A stretch of DNA of 64,000 nt from Gemmatimonadales bacterium (lineage in GTDB: Bacteria > Gemmatimonadota > Gemmatimonadetes > Gemmatimonadales > GWC2-71-9), in contig JBBCJC010000003.1 in the NCBI GenBank assembly GCA_037189525.1, positions 512,001 to 576,000 on the forward strand, in the 5' to 3' direction. The notes beneath the pieces are model-generated. The model was not told where the DNA came from. It worked only from the letters and a program-made list of their open reading frames with translations, and searched no databases. Within the stretch, counting starts at the first letter, position 1. Each line of letters starts with the position of its first letter. The position numbers and the translations under genes are program-made. This document shows positions 1-9,656 of this stretch, piece by piece.

Positions 1-762
1 CGCGACCAGCGGTCGGGTGACGTAATCGGCGAAGTGATGCGCCACGGTGAGTCGGTGCGAGTGGCTCGGGGCGGACGGGGCGGACGGGGGAATACCCGCT
101 TTGCTACCTCGACCCATCAGGCGCCGCGCGAGTTCGAGCCGGGCCAGCCGGGAGAAGAGCGCCAGCTCGAACTGGAACTCAAACTGATTGCCGACGTCGG
201 CCTGGTGGGCGAGCCCAATGCCGGGAAGAGCACGCTCCTGTCAGTGGTGTCGGCGGCGCGTCCCAAGATCGCCGACTATCCGTTTACCACGCTCGAACCG
301 AATCTCGGTGTGGTCTCGATGGGCGACAGCCGCACCTTCGTGGTGGCCGATATTCCCGGCATCATCGAAGGGGCTCACGTCGGCAAGGGGCTCGGCCTCC
401 AGTTCCTCCGCCATGTCGAGCGAACCCGGGTGCTGGCCTTCCTGGTGCCGCTCGATGCCGAAGATCCGCAAGCGGTGTACGACCGGCTGCGGCGGGAAAT
501 CGCGGCCTACAGCGAACCGCTCTTTCACAAACGCCACGTGGTGGTGCTCTCGAAGAGCGACGTGCATGCGCCCTATCAGCCGCTCCCAACGCTCGATGCC
601 CCGGATGCCGCCGGCGTGGTGGCCATTTCCGCGGCAGCCGGGCACGGGCTCGATGAACTCAAGCGGCTCTTGTGGCAGCTGATCCAGCTGGCCAAGGCGG
701 AGGATCCGGATGTCGCCCTCGAGGCCGATGGCGAGGAGGTGCGCGATGACGATATCCTCTGA
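1..762 (+). CDS. obgE: GTPase ObgE/CgtA (5' end truncated by the window edge)
   Basis: The frame is open from base 1. Gly-rich Obg-fold segment [21 protein letters not shown]1 [14 protein letters not shown]3 DIPG, G4 SKSD. Confidence 0.96.
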   Translation, partial: RDQRSGDVIGEVMRHGESVRVARGGRGGRGNTRFATSTHQAPREFEPGQPGEERQLELELKLIADVGLVGEPNAGKSTLLSVVSAARPKIADYPFTTLEPNLGVVSMGDSRTFVVADIPGIIEGAHVGKGLGLQFLRHVERTRVLAFLVPLDAEDPQAVYDRLRREIAAYSEPLFHKRHVVVLSKSDVHAPYQPLPTLDAPDAAGVVAISAAAGHGLDELKRLLWQLIQLAKAEDPDVALEADGEEVRDDDIL

Positions 763-1855
763 CGAGCGGCGTGCCTATCTGGCGCTGGCCCTCGTGCCAG
801 GGGTCGGAACGGCACGACTCGACACACTCAGATCCGCCTGCGGATCCTGGATCGGCGCCCTCGAGGCGCCGATTGCGTTTTTATGCACCATCCCCACGAT
901 ATCGCTTGCCGTTGCCACGGCCATTGCGCAGCGCGACCGTGGGGCAGTCGATCGCCTGGAGCAGGCCCTGCATCGGCTGAGTGGTTTTCATCTGATGCCG
1001 TTCGATCAGGACTATCCGGCTCTGTTCCGACACATCGACGAACCGCCGTCGCTCCTCTTCGGTTTGGGTCGCCGGGAATGGCTCGATCAGCCGTCGGTCG
1101 CGGTCGTCGGGAGCCGGCATCCGACCTCGTATGGCATCGAGGTCACGGCGTCGCTCGCTGCCGGGCTGGCGCAAGCCGGTCTCGTCGTCGTGAGCGGAAT
1201 GGCGCGGGGGCTGGATGCGGTGGCGCACTGGGCTGCCGTCCGCAACGGTGGCCGCACCATTGGTGTACTCGGCAACGGACTCGGCGTGATCTACCCCGCG
1301 GCCAATGCGGCCCTCTACCAACGGGTGGGAGAAGAGGGGCTGCTACTCACCGAGTTTCCTCCGGGCGAACGGCCGCATGCCGGATCATTTCCTCGTCGCA
1401 ATCGCCTGATCAGCGGTCTGGCGCGGGTCACGGTCGTGGTCGAGGCCGCCGAGCGATCGGGCACCTTGCGAACCGCATCTGCTGCACTCGACCAGGGGCG
1501 TGAGGTGTTGGCGGTGCCCGGTCCGATCACGAGCCGCACCAGCGTTGGTACTAATCAGCTGCTCCGGGCCTCCGGAGCTGCGCCGTGCCTGCAACTCGAG
1601 GACATACTGGAATTCTTTCCCGAGGTTGCGGCGTCGACCAGGCTGCGCTCAGGAGGCGCTTCGCCGGCCGGCGCCGAAGCGCTGCGAGCTGACCTCCGCC
1701 GGGTGTTCGAAGCGCTCGATGGCGCCGTACGGAGCGTCGACGGCCTGGCGGATGAACTCCGCCTCGATCCGGCGACGGTACTCCGCGCGGCATCGGAACT
1801 GGAGATTGCCGGGTTGGCCGAAGGCGGGGCAGGCGGGTTTCGGCGCGCCCGGTAG
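746..1855 (+). CDS. dprA: DNA-processing protein DprA (Smf)
   Basis: [43 protein letters not shown] and a C-terminal winged helix. ATG 746 follows GAGGAGGT. Confidence 0.95.
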   Translation: MTISSDERRAYLALALVPGVGTARLDTLRSACGSWIGALEAPIAFLCTIPTISLAVATAIAQRDRGAVDRLEQALHRLSGFHLMPFDQDYPALFRHIDEPPSLLFGLGRREWLDQPSVAVVGSRHPTSYGIEVTASLAAGLAQAGLVVVSGMARGLDAVAHWAAVRNGGRTIGVLGNGLGVIYPAANAALYQRVGEEGLLLTEFPPGERPHAGSFPRRNRLISGLARVTVVVEAAERSGTLRTASAALDQGREVLAVPGPITSRTSVGTNQLLRASGAAPCLQLEDILEFFPEVAASTRLRSGGASPAGAEALRADLRRVFEALDGAVRSVDGLADELRLDPATVLRAASELEIAGLAEGGAGGFRRAR

Positions 1856-1876
1856 TCTTGAGGCGTCCGGTCCGAC

Positions 1877-2995
1877 ATGTTTCGGCCCGTGCATCTCTAC
1901 GTCCACGTTCCGTTCTGTGCTCGCCGCTGCTCGTATTGCGATTTCTCGATCGCCGTGGGGCCGCGGGTGCCGTCGAGCGAGTTTGCCGATCTGATCCGGG
2001 CGGAGTGGCGTCGCTGGCTGGACGCGCCGTGGTGGAGTGAGGCCGGGGCCATCGAAACGATCTATTTCGGCGGCGGAACGCCTTCGCAGATCGAGCCGGA
2101 CGCTATAACCTCCATCGTCGACGCGATTCGTCGCGACCGTCGCGTGGCCGATGACGCCGAACTGACGATCGAAGCCAATCCCGAGGACGTCACACCGGCC
2201 CGCGCCGAAGCGTGGGTCAAAGCCGGCATCAATCGAGTCTCGCTCGGTGTGCAGTCGTTCGACCCGGCCGTGCTGGCATGGATGCACCGGGTTCACGATG
2301 CCGATCGTCCGGCAGAGGCGGTAGGTGCGCTGCGAGCGGCCGGGCTCGGCAACATTTCGGTCGACCTGATCTACGCCGTTCCCGATGCCCTGAACCGTGA
2401 TTGGGCCCGTGACATCGACCTCGCCATTGCCCTCGACCCGAACCACCTGTCGTTGTACGGCTTGACGGTCGAAGCGCAGACCCCGCTGGCCCGCTGGGTG
2501 GAACGCGGCTCATCGGTTCCGGCACCCGATACTCGCGCCGAGTCCGAGTACCTGGCCGCGAGCGAACGGCTGGCCAGCGCCGGGTTTCGCCATTACGAAG
2601 TGTCCAACGCCGCCCGTCCCGGGTTCGAATCCCGCCACAACCGCGCCTATTGGAGGCGGGCTCCCTATCTGGGTCTCGGGCCCTCGGCGCACAGTGCCGT
2701 CGGGCATCACCGCTGGTGGAACCTTCGCGACTGGGAGGCGTATCGCCGGGCCGGGTCGGAGGGCGACGAGTTGGTGGCCGGAAATGAGCACCTCACCCCC
2801 GACCAGGTCCGTCTCGAGGATCTTTACCTCGGTTTGAGGACCGACAGTGGGATTCCGGCATCATCCCTGCCTCTCATGGAGTTGGAAGCCTGGGAAACTG
2901 CCGGATGGGCCGGTCGAGTTGGCAGTTCCCTGGTCCTGACGCCCTTGGGCTGGCTGCGACTCGACGCCTTGGTAAGTCGGGTCGCTCGATCCTAA
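1877..2995 (+). CDS. hemW: Radical SAM heme chaperone HemW (HemN-like)
   Basis: LYVHVPFCARRCSYCDF (CxxxCxxC), TIYFGGGTPS, YEVSN, HNRAYW. Lies directly upstream of hrcA. Confidence 0.92.
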   Translation: MFRPVHLYVHVPFCARRCSYCDFSIAVGPRVPSSEFADLIRAEWRRWLDAPWWSEAGAIETIYFGGGTPSQIEPDAITSIVDAIRRDRRVADDAELTIEANPEDVTPARAEAWVKAGINRVSLGVQSFDPAVLAWMHRVHDADRPAEAVGALRAAGLGNISVDLIYAVPDALNRDWARDIDLAIALDPNHLSLYGLTVEAQTPLARWVERGSSVPAPDTRAESEYLAASERLASAGFRHYEVSNAARPGFESRHNRAYWRRAPYLGLGPSAHSAVGHHRWWNLRDWEAYRRAGSEGDELVAGNEHLTPDQVRLEDLYLGLRTDSGIPASSLPLMELEAWETAGWAGRVGSSLVLTPLGWLRLDALVSRVARS

Positions 2996-3004
2996 ATTAC
3001 GGTA

Positions 3005-4048
3005 ATGTCGAGACTTGACGAGCTTTCCGAGCGCGAAGCCCGGATCCTGGATACCATCATCCAGCTGTACGTAGAGCATGCCGAACCGGCCGGAAGTCAG
3101 GCCGTGGCGGTCCGCTCCGAGCTCGGCGTCTCGTCGGCGACGGTGCGGAACACGATGGGCGACCTCGAAGCCCGTGGATACCTGTTCCATCCCCATACCT
3201 CGAGCGGGCGGGTCCCGACCGACCTGGCGTACCGGGTCTACGTCGACCGACTTATGCGGCACGCGCCTCCGAGCGAAGCGGCGGTCGAACGGCTCAAGAC
3301 CGAGGTCGGGGCCGTGAGCGTGGGCGGCGGGCCGATCGAAGAGATCCTGCGCCGGGCCGCCCAAGTCCTCGGTGTGCTGACTCAGGAGCTGGGGGTAGCC
3401 GTGGCGCCAGCGCTCGATCGGGCCATCCTGGAACGGTTGGAAATCGTCCGGGTCAGTTCGGAGCGCCTGCTGGTGGTGCTGACCCTCGAAAGCGGGTTCG
3501 TCCGCACCATCTTCGTCGAAGTGCCGACCGCAGTGGCTCCCGAGGTGGTCGAGCACGTGACCCGAATTCTCAACGAGCGCCTGGCCGGTTTGCCGCTCCG
3601 GGAAATTCGGGCCTCGGTGCACGAACGGCTGCGGGATGCGGACGGAACCGGACGTGCCGCCGGCCTGCTCAATGTCTTCGTCGCGCAGCGGGAAGGCGTC
3701 TTCGATGCCGAGCCCAACGACAGCGTGCTGCTCGGCAGTGCGCAGCTGCTGGCTGAGCAGCCTGAGTTTGCCTCCAACGAGCGGATGCGCGCTTTGCTGG
3801 AATTGACCGAGCGGCGCGACCTGCTGCGCGATGCCTTCGAGGCCCATCGCCGCCGTGGGGTGCGAATTACCATCGGGGCAGAGAATGACGATCCCCGATT
3901 GGCGGGGCTGACGGTGGTCACGGCGACCTACCGTCGGGGCGACCTGACCGGCGTGGTCGGGGTCCTGGGCCCGACACGAATGCCGTATGACAAGATCATC
4001 GGACTGGTGGATCATACCAGCCGATTGGTGGAAGGATTGTTGACGTGA
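3005..4048 (+). CDS. hrcA: Heat-inducible transcription repressor HrcA
   Basis: [30 protein letters not shown] and [10 protein letters not shown]. Confidence 0.97.
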   Translation: MSRLDELSEREARILDTIIQLYVEHAEPAGSQAVAVRSELGVSSATVRNTMGDLEARGYLFHPHTSSGRVPTDLAYRVYVDRLMRHAPPSEAAVERLKTEVGAVSVGGGPIEEILRRAAQVLGVLTQELGVAVAPALDRAILERLEIVRVSSERLLVVLTLESGFVRTIFVEVPTAVAPEVVEHVTRILNERLAGLPLREIRASVHERLRDADGTGRAAGLLNVFVAQREGVFDAEPNDSVLLGSAQLLAEQPEFASNERMRALLELTERRDLLRDAFEAHRRRGVRITIGAENDDPRLAGLTVVTATYRRGDLTGVVGVLGPTRMPYDKIIGLVDHTSRLVEGLLT

Positions 4049-5184
4049 GCGAGTACTACGACCTGCTGGGCGTTGCCCGGGATGCCTCGGACGACGACAT
4101 CAAGAAGGCCTACCGCAAGGCGGCCATGCAGTATCACCCGGATCGCAACCGGGAGGCCGACGCCGAGGCGAAGTTCAAGGAGATCGCCGAGGCGTATGAG
4201 GTCCTTCGCGACCCGCAGAAGCGGGCGGCGTACGATCGCTATGGCAAAGCCGGCGTCAATGGGCGTTCCGGGATGGGCAATGCCGGATTTGGCCACATCG
4301 ATCTCAACGAAGCGCTCAACATCTTCATGCGGGACCTGGGCGGCTTTGGCGGGTTCGAGCAGATGTTCGGCGGCGGTCGGGGCGATCCCTCCGAAGCCAA
4401 ACGGGGCCAGGACATGCGGGTCACCGTCCGGCTCACCCTGGCCGAAGTGGCGACCGGGGCCAAGCGCACCGTCAAACTCAAGACCTACGTCAGCTGCACC
4501 AACTGCGCAGGAAGCGGCGGCGCCAAAGGCACTCGGCCGTCGCGCTGCGGCACCTGCGGCGGCTCGGGCGAGGTCCGGCGCGCGGCCCGCAGCATGTTCG
4601 GCCAGTTCATCCAGGTGGCGCCGTGTCCGACCTGTAACGGTGAAGGCGCCGTGATCACCGATCCGTGCGAGGTCTGCCGCGGCGAAGGACGGGTGCGCGG
4701 CGAGCGGACCGTGTCGGTCGACGTGCCGCCCGGGGTCTCGAGCAACAACTACATCACCTTGCGCGGCCAGGGAGCCGTAGGGCCTCGCGGGGGACCGGCC
4801 GGCGACCTCCTGGTCCTGATCGAAGTGAAGGACGACGACCGGTTCGAGCGCCAGGGTGACGATCTGTTCTACGACTTGTCGCTCTCGTTCTCACAAGCTG
4901 CGCTGGGTGCATCGGTGGTGGTGCCCACGCCCTACGGCGAGGAAAAGGTGACGGTGCCGTCCGGCATCCAGGCCGGTACCGTCCTCCGCCTGAAGGGCAA
5001 AGGGCTGCCTCGGCTGGGGCAGGGCAGCACTGGTGATCTCAACGTTCGGGTCTCGATCTGGACTCCCGACAACTTGAGCGATGAGCAGCGCCGCCTCTTC
5101 GAAGAACTGGCCGCCATCGAGGGCGATCCGCCCCGCGCCTCCACCGGCTTCTGGTCCAAGCTCAAAGAAGCGCTCGGCGCATGA
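4045..5184 (+). CDS. dnaJ: Chaperone DnaJ
   Basis: J domain with HPD, four CxxCxGxG zinc-finger repeats, C-terminal substrate-binding domain. GTG start overlaps the hrcA stop. Confidence 0.97.
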   Translation: MSEYYDLLGVARDASDDDIKKAYRKAAMQYHPDRNREADAEAKFKEIAEAYEVLRDPQKRAAYDRYGKAGVNGRSGMGNAGFGHIDLNEALNIFMRDLGGFGGFEQMFGGGRGDPSEAKRGQDMRVTVRLTLAEVATGAKRTVKLKTYVSCTNCAGSGGAKGTRPSRCGTCGGSGEVRRAARSMFGQFIQVAPCPTCNGEGAVITDPCEVCRGEGRVRGERTVSVDVPPGVSSNNYITLRGQGAVGPRGGPAGDLLVLIEVKDDDRFERQGDDLFYDLSLSFSQAALGASVVVPTPYGEEKVTVPSGIQAGTVLRLKGKGLPRLGQGSTGDLNVRVSIWTPDNLSDEQRRLFEELAAIEGDPPRASTGFWSKLKEALGA

Positions 5185-6005
5185 GTTGGTGGCTGATCGA
5201 GGTCAGCGCACCGAGCGGCGATGCGGAGTCGGTGGCCCGGGCGCTGGTCGAACTGAGCGGTCAGGCCGTCGAAGAACGAGATGGCCGCGTGCTAGGCTAC
5301 GCCGCCGATCGCGAGGCGGCGCTGGCAGTCGAAGGTTCGATGCGCGATCGTTTCGGAACCCGGGTCGAGATCAAACTCGGCCCCGTGGGCGAGGCGGATT
5401 GGGCTACGGCATGGCGCGAGGGCCTGTCCGTCCGTACCGTCGGGCGCCTCAGATTGGGACCTTCCTGGTTATTGGAGCCGGCGCCGGATGCCATCGTGAT
5501 CGACCCCGAAACGGCATTCGGGAGCGGAGAACATGGCTCGACGCGGGGCGCGCTCGCGCTCCTGGAGCGCCACCTGGCGCCCGGCGGTACCGTGCTCGAT
5601 CTGGGTAGCGGAAGCGGCATTCTCACCATCGCCGCCCGGAAGCTTGGTGCGGAGACGGCCCTGGGCATCGAAGTCGACGAGGAAGCCACTCCGGTGGCCG
5701 AGGTCAATGCGGAGCGGAACCAGGTCGGCGAGCGGGTCCGCTTCGTGACCGGTGATGCAGCCGCGCTTGCTCCGCTGGCGGGTCCGGCCTCCGTCGTCGT
5801 CTCCAACATCCTTCGCAACGTCAACGAGACGCTGCTCGAGCCGATTGCCGCCGCGCTCGCTCCCGGCGGTCTGGCCATCTTTGCCGGAATGGAAACACCC
5901 GAAGCGGATCTCTTCCGGCCGGTGCTGATCGAAGCGGGATGGGCCATCGTCGACGAGGTGATCGACGAAGGCTGGTGGTCGGTAGCTGCGCGTCGCCGGG
6001 TCTGA
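5181..6005 (+). CDS. prmA: 50S ribosomal protein L11 methyltransferase
   Basis: [15 protein letters not shown] and SAM motif [11 protein letters not shown]. Follows dnaJ. Confidence 0.93.
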   Translation: MSWWLIEVSAPSGDAESVARALVELSGQAVEERDGRVLGYAADREAALAVEGSMRDRFGTRVEIKLGPVGEADWATAWREGLSVRTVGRLRLGPSWLLEPAPDAIVIDPETAFGSGEHGSTRGALALLERHLAPGGTVLDLGSGSGILTIAARKLGAETALGIEVDEEATPVAEVNAERNQVGERVRFVTGDAAALAPLAGPASVVVSNILRNVNETLLEPIAAALAPGGLAIFAGMETPEADLFRPVLIEAGWAIVDEVIDEGWWSVAARRRV

Positions 6006-6008
6006 GCG

Positions 6009-6719
6009 GTGCATCGGATCGTCGTTCCCGGCCCCTTCGAGGTAGCAACCCGGCTCGAACTGCCGGCCGAGGAACGGCACCATCTCGAAGTACGACGGGC
6101 CAAGGCGGGCGAGGCGGTCGAACTGCTCGACGGCGCGGGTCTCGTCGGCCAAGGGGTCTTGGTCGCCGATGGTCGCAGCTGGGCGGTCGAGCTTACCAGC
6201 GTGGTGCGGCGGGTTCCGCTGCCGAATCTCTCACTTCTCGTCGGGGCCGGCGACCGGGATCGCTTTACCTGGCTGGTCGAGAAGGCCGTCGAACTCGGCG
6301 TTACCCGACTCACGCCGCTCGAAACCGTCCGCAGCCGGAACGTGGCCACGCGGATCCGTGCCGATCATCGTGACAAACTCGAACGTCGCGCACTCGAGGC
6401 GCTGAAGCAGAGCGGGGGGGCGTGGACGCTGGAGTTGGCGCCCCCGACGCCGATAGCCGATGCTGCGGCTCGAACAACCGAGCCGGTGCGTTGGCTGGCC
6501 GATCCGGCAGGCCGATCGCCCGATGCGATCGGACCGGACACCCCGATTGCCATCGCGGTCGGGCCGGAAGGGGGCTTCGTCGAGGACGAACGTGACCTGC
6601 TGATTCGGCACGGGTTCGTCCCCGTGCGTTTCGGGCCCCGGGTACTTCGATTCGAAACGGCGGCATTGGCGGCGGCCGCCATTGCAGGTGTGCTCAGAAA
6701 GGAAGGGAATCAAGAATGA
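6009..6719 (+). CDS. rsmE: 16S rRNA m3U1498 methyltransferase
   Basis: EKAVELGV, A.KQSG, SPOUT motifs VGPEGGF and LRFETAA. Confidence 0.93.
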   Translation: MHRIVVPGPFEVATRLELPAEERHHLEVRRAKAGEAVELLDGAGLVGQGVLVADGRSWAVELTSVVRRVPLPNLSLLVGAGDRDRFTWLVEKAVELGVTRLTPLETVRSRNVATRIRADHRDKLERRALEALKQSGGAWTLELAPPTPIADAAARTTEPVRWLADPAGRSPDAIGPDTPIAIAVGPEGGFVEDERDLLIRHGFVPVRFGPRVLRFETAALAAAAIAGVLRKEGNQE

Positions 6720-7063
6720 CGGATTGCATCTTCTGTCGCATCGTGTCCGGGGAGATTCCGGCCGCCGTGGTGGCCAGAAACGACCATGCCGTCGCATTTC
6801 GAGACCTCAACCCCCAGGCGCCGGTCCATATTCTGGTCATCCCGACCCAGCATATCGCCAGCATGGTGGATGCGGATTCCGACAGCGCGGAACTGGCTGT
6901 TGGCCGTGCCGTTCGCCTGGCCACCCAGGTTGCCAAGGCGGAAGGGCTCGAGGATGGAGGCTACCGTCTGGTGATCAATACCGGGCGCGACGGCGGCCAG
7001 TCGGTCTGGCATGTCCACGTCCATCTCCTCGCCGGGCGGCGCTTGGGCTGGCCTCCGGGTTGA
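6716..7063 (+). CDS. Histidine triad nucleotide-binding protein (HinT-like)
   Basis: DCIFCRI, DLNPQAPVHILVIP, HVHVHLL triad, GWPPG end. Confidence 0.95.
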   Translation: MTDCIFCRIVSGEIPAAVVARNDHAVAFRDLNPQAPVHILVIPTQHIASMVDADSDSAELAVGRAVRLATQVAKAEGLEDGGYRLVINTGRDGGQSVWHVHVHLLAGRRLGWPPG

Positions 7064-7211
7064 GGCTGCTTGTCCCCTTTCCGCCGGTCACATAAATTGG
7101 CTGGAGACAATGAGTTCCCGCAGCAACCCGGGCCCCGGTGTCGCTGCGGCTCCCTTGGTGCCGTCAACCCGAGAAACCTGGTGTCAGTCGAAGAGCTCCC
7201 GGATACAAAGC

Positions 7212-9653
7212 ATGATGGTGATGGGCTCCGGGCAGGATAAGAGCGGGGTGCAGGCGCGAAGCGCTAGCACCCCGCTCCCTTTTCGAGGGGAGACCAGCGT
7301 CACTTCGCTTGCTGCGCTCGAATTTCCCGCCGTGCTCGATGTGGTGGCGGGCTGGGCCAAGGGTCCGCTTGGTGCGGAGCGGGTTCGGGATCGCCGGCCG
7401 GCCACCGATCCGGTGCTGATTGCCGCCGATCTCCGCCCGCTGGATGAGATGCTGGTTCTCTGGCGCCGGGGTGAGCGGGTCGACATCCCGCCCGTCCCGG
7501 CGCTCGCCGACGTGCTCTCCCGGCTCGGTGTGGCCGGCAGCGTCCTCAACGGCGCCGAGTTGCTCCGGGTGCGCCAGACCGTCTCGGCCGCCCGGATCGC
7601 GGTGACCGAACTGACCCGGGTCGCGTCGGAGGCGCCGTCGGCCGCGGTGCGGGTGGTGCCGCTGCCGGATCGGGTCGTCGATCGGCGGTTGCTCGAATCG
7701 ATCGGCGACGAAGGCGAAGTGCTCGACACGGCGAGCCCGGCGCTCTTTCGCGCCCGCCGCGACATCCACGCCGCGCGGGAGCGGCTGGTCAAGAAACTCG
7801 AGTCCATCCTGCGGAGCGCCGAGGCGCAGGCGGTTCCGCAAGGTGCGCAAGTGACGGTTCGGGAAGATCGCTACGTCATCCCGATCCGCCGGGACGCCAG
7901 GCAGCGCCCCGAGGGGATCATCCACGGCGAGTCCGGCAGCGCCGGCACCCTGTTCATCGAGCCGACCGCGGCCATCGAATCCGGCAATGCGCTGCGGAGC
8001 GCCATGGCCCGGGCCGAGCAGGAGGAACTCGCCGTCCTCCGCGAACTGACCGAGCTGGTGCGTCCCGAACGTCGCGTCCTCGCCGCGGCGCATGCCATGT
8101 GTGTCGAGGGTGACGATCTGCTGGCCCGGGTCCGATACGCTCACGCGGTCGAAGCTTCGGTGCCCGAGGTCGGGGCCGAGCAGATCGACCTGCGGCGGGC
8201 TCGCCATCCGCTCCTGCTGGCGCGCGGGCTCGAGGTGGTCCCGTTCGATCTCGCGCTCGGCGAGCACGAGCGGACCCTGCTGATCAGCGGACCGAATGCG
8301 GGCGGTAAGACCGTCCTGCTCAAGACCACGGGGCTGGCTATCGTGCTGGCGCAGTCGGGCATCGCGCCGCCGGTCGGGCCGGGCACCAAACTGCCCGTCA
8401 TCGACGGCATCTTCGTCGATATCGGCGACCATCAGTCGATAGCTGCGGACCTCTCCACCTTCAGCGCGCATGTCGTGGCCCTTCGGGAAATTCTGGCGAC
8501 GGCCGGCCCCGACACGCTGGTGCTGATGGACGAAATCGGGAGCGGTACCGACCCCGCGGAGGGCGGCGCGCTGGCCGCGGCGACGTTGCGAGCCCTGACT
8601 GGGCGCGGAGTGCGCACCATCGTGACGACCCATCTCGGCGCGCTCAAGTCACTGGCGAGCGAGGTGCCCGGCATCGTCAACGGCTCGCTCGAGTTCGATG
8701 CCGAAGGGCTCCGGCCCACCTTTCGGTTTCGCAAAGGCATTCCGGGGCGAAGCTACGGTCTGGCCATTGCGCGGCGCCTCGCCGTCGATCCGGAGGTGCT
8801 GGCAACCGCCGAAGCGCTGGTTCCGAAACAGGAGCGATTGCTCGACGAGTTGCTGGCCCAGGTCGAGCAGCGTGCTCGCGAGTTGGAGCAGCGGGAGAGC
8901 ATGCTGGCGGATCGCGAGTTCGAGGTCGGTAACCGCGAAGCGGTGGCAGCTGCCACCGCCGAGGCTCAGGGAATTCGCGAGCGCGAGCTCAAGCGACGCG
9001 AAAAAGACGCCGACCGGCAAGCGCGTGAAACGGCGCGGCGCCATCTGCTCGATGCCCGAGCCACGGTCGAAGAGGCGCTCCGGCTGGCGCGCGGCGCTGC
9101 CGACAGCGCCGAGGCGAAGGAAGCGCGCCGGGTCATCGAGGAAGCGGCCGGTCGCGAACGCGCCGCGCTCGACGCCAGCCGCGCAATAACGGAAGGCGGA
9201 CTGGGGGCGGACAAAGAGCTGACGGTCGGCGCCCGGGTCCGGCTCCCGTCGGGCAGCGCCGGCGTCGTCCACGAGCTGCGCGGCGATGGCAAAGCCGTGG
9301 TAACGGTCGGGGTCGTCAAACTCGTCGCTGCAGCCTCGGAACTCACGCCGTTGGCCGAGGAGCCCGCGGCGCGCCGCAAGACCACGGTGTACGAAGCGCC
9401 GTCGGCGCCATTCGAAGTCGATCTTCGTGGTATGCGGGGCGATGAGGCTGCTGTCGTTGCCACTGCAGCGCTGGATGCGGCCGTCCTGGCGGAGAACCCC
9501 TACCTGCGCATCATCCATGGGATGGGCACCGGCGTCGTGCGCGACCGGGTGCGGCAGATCCTCAAGGCGGATCGCCGAGTGGCACGGTTTGCCTTTGCGC
9601 CGCCCAACCAGGGTGGTACCGGTGTGACCATTGCCGAATTCGCGGCGGGCTGA
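7212..9653 (+). CDS. mutS2: Endonuclease MutS2 (start uncertain: ATG 7110, 7212, 7215, 7221 or GTG 7248)
   Basis: LEF near the N-terminus, ARHPLL, Walker A ISGPNAGGKT, LSTFSAH, DEIGSGTDP, TTH, C-terminal Smr domain (DLRG...IIHGMGTG). Confidence 0.94.
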   Translation: MMVMGSGQDKSGVQARSASTPLPFRGETSVTSLAALEFPAVLDVVAGWAKGPLGAERVRDRRPATDPVLIAADLRPLDEMLVLWRRGERVDIPPVPALADVLSRLGVAGSVLNGAELLRVRQTVSAARIAVTELTRVASEAPSAAVRVVPLPDRVVDRRLLESIGDEGEVLDTASPALFRARRDIHAARERLVKKLESILRSAEAQAVPQGAQVTVREDRYVIPIRRDARQRPEGIIHGESGSAGTLFIEPTAAIESGNALRSAMARAEQEELAVLRELTELVRPERRVLAAAHAMCVEGDDLLARVRYAHAVEASVPEVGAEQIDLRRARHPLLLARGLEVVPFDLALGEHERTLLISGPNAGGKTVLLKTTGLAIVLAQSGIAPPVGPGTKLPVIDGIFVDIGDHQSIAADLSTFSAHVVALREILATAGPDTLVLMDEIGSGTDPAEGGALAAATLRALTGRGVRTIVTTHLGALKSLASEVPGIVNGSLEFDAEGLRPTFRFRKGIPGRSYGLAIARRLAVDPEVLATAEALVPKQERLLDELLAQVEQRARELEQRESMLADREFEVGNREAVAAATAEAQGIRERELKRREKDADRQARETARRHLLDARATVEEALRLARGAADSAEAKEARRVIEEAAGRERAALDASRAITEGGLGADKELTVGARVRLPSGSAGVVHELRGDGKAVVTVGVVKLVAAASELTPLAEEPAARRKTTVYEAPSAPFEVDLRGMRGDEAAVVATAALDAAVLAENPYLRIIHGMGTGVVRDRVRQILKADRRVARFAFAPPNQGGTGVTIAEFAAG
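7241..7283 (+). other. Very stable hairpin followed by CCTTTT (terminator-like) at or within the mutS2 5' end
   Basis: GAGCGGGGTGC(7241-7251)-A-GGCGC-GAA-GCGCT-A-GCACCCCGCTC(7267-7277). Confidence 0.5.
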
Positions 9654-9656
9654 GCC

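Noticed and set aside
7264..7292. CIRCE half-site (CTAGCACCC)
   Set aside because: No matching GAGTGCTAA arm. The sequence is explained by the hairpin.
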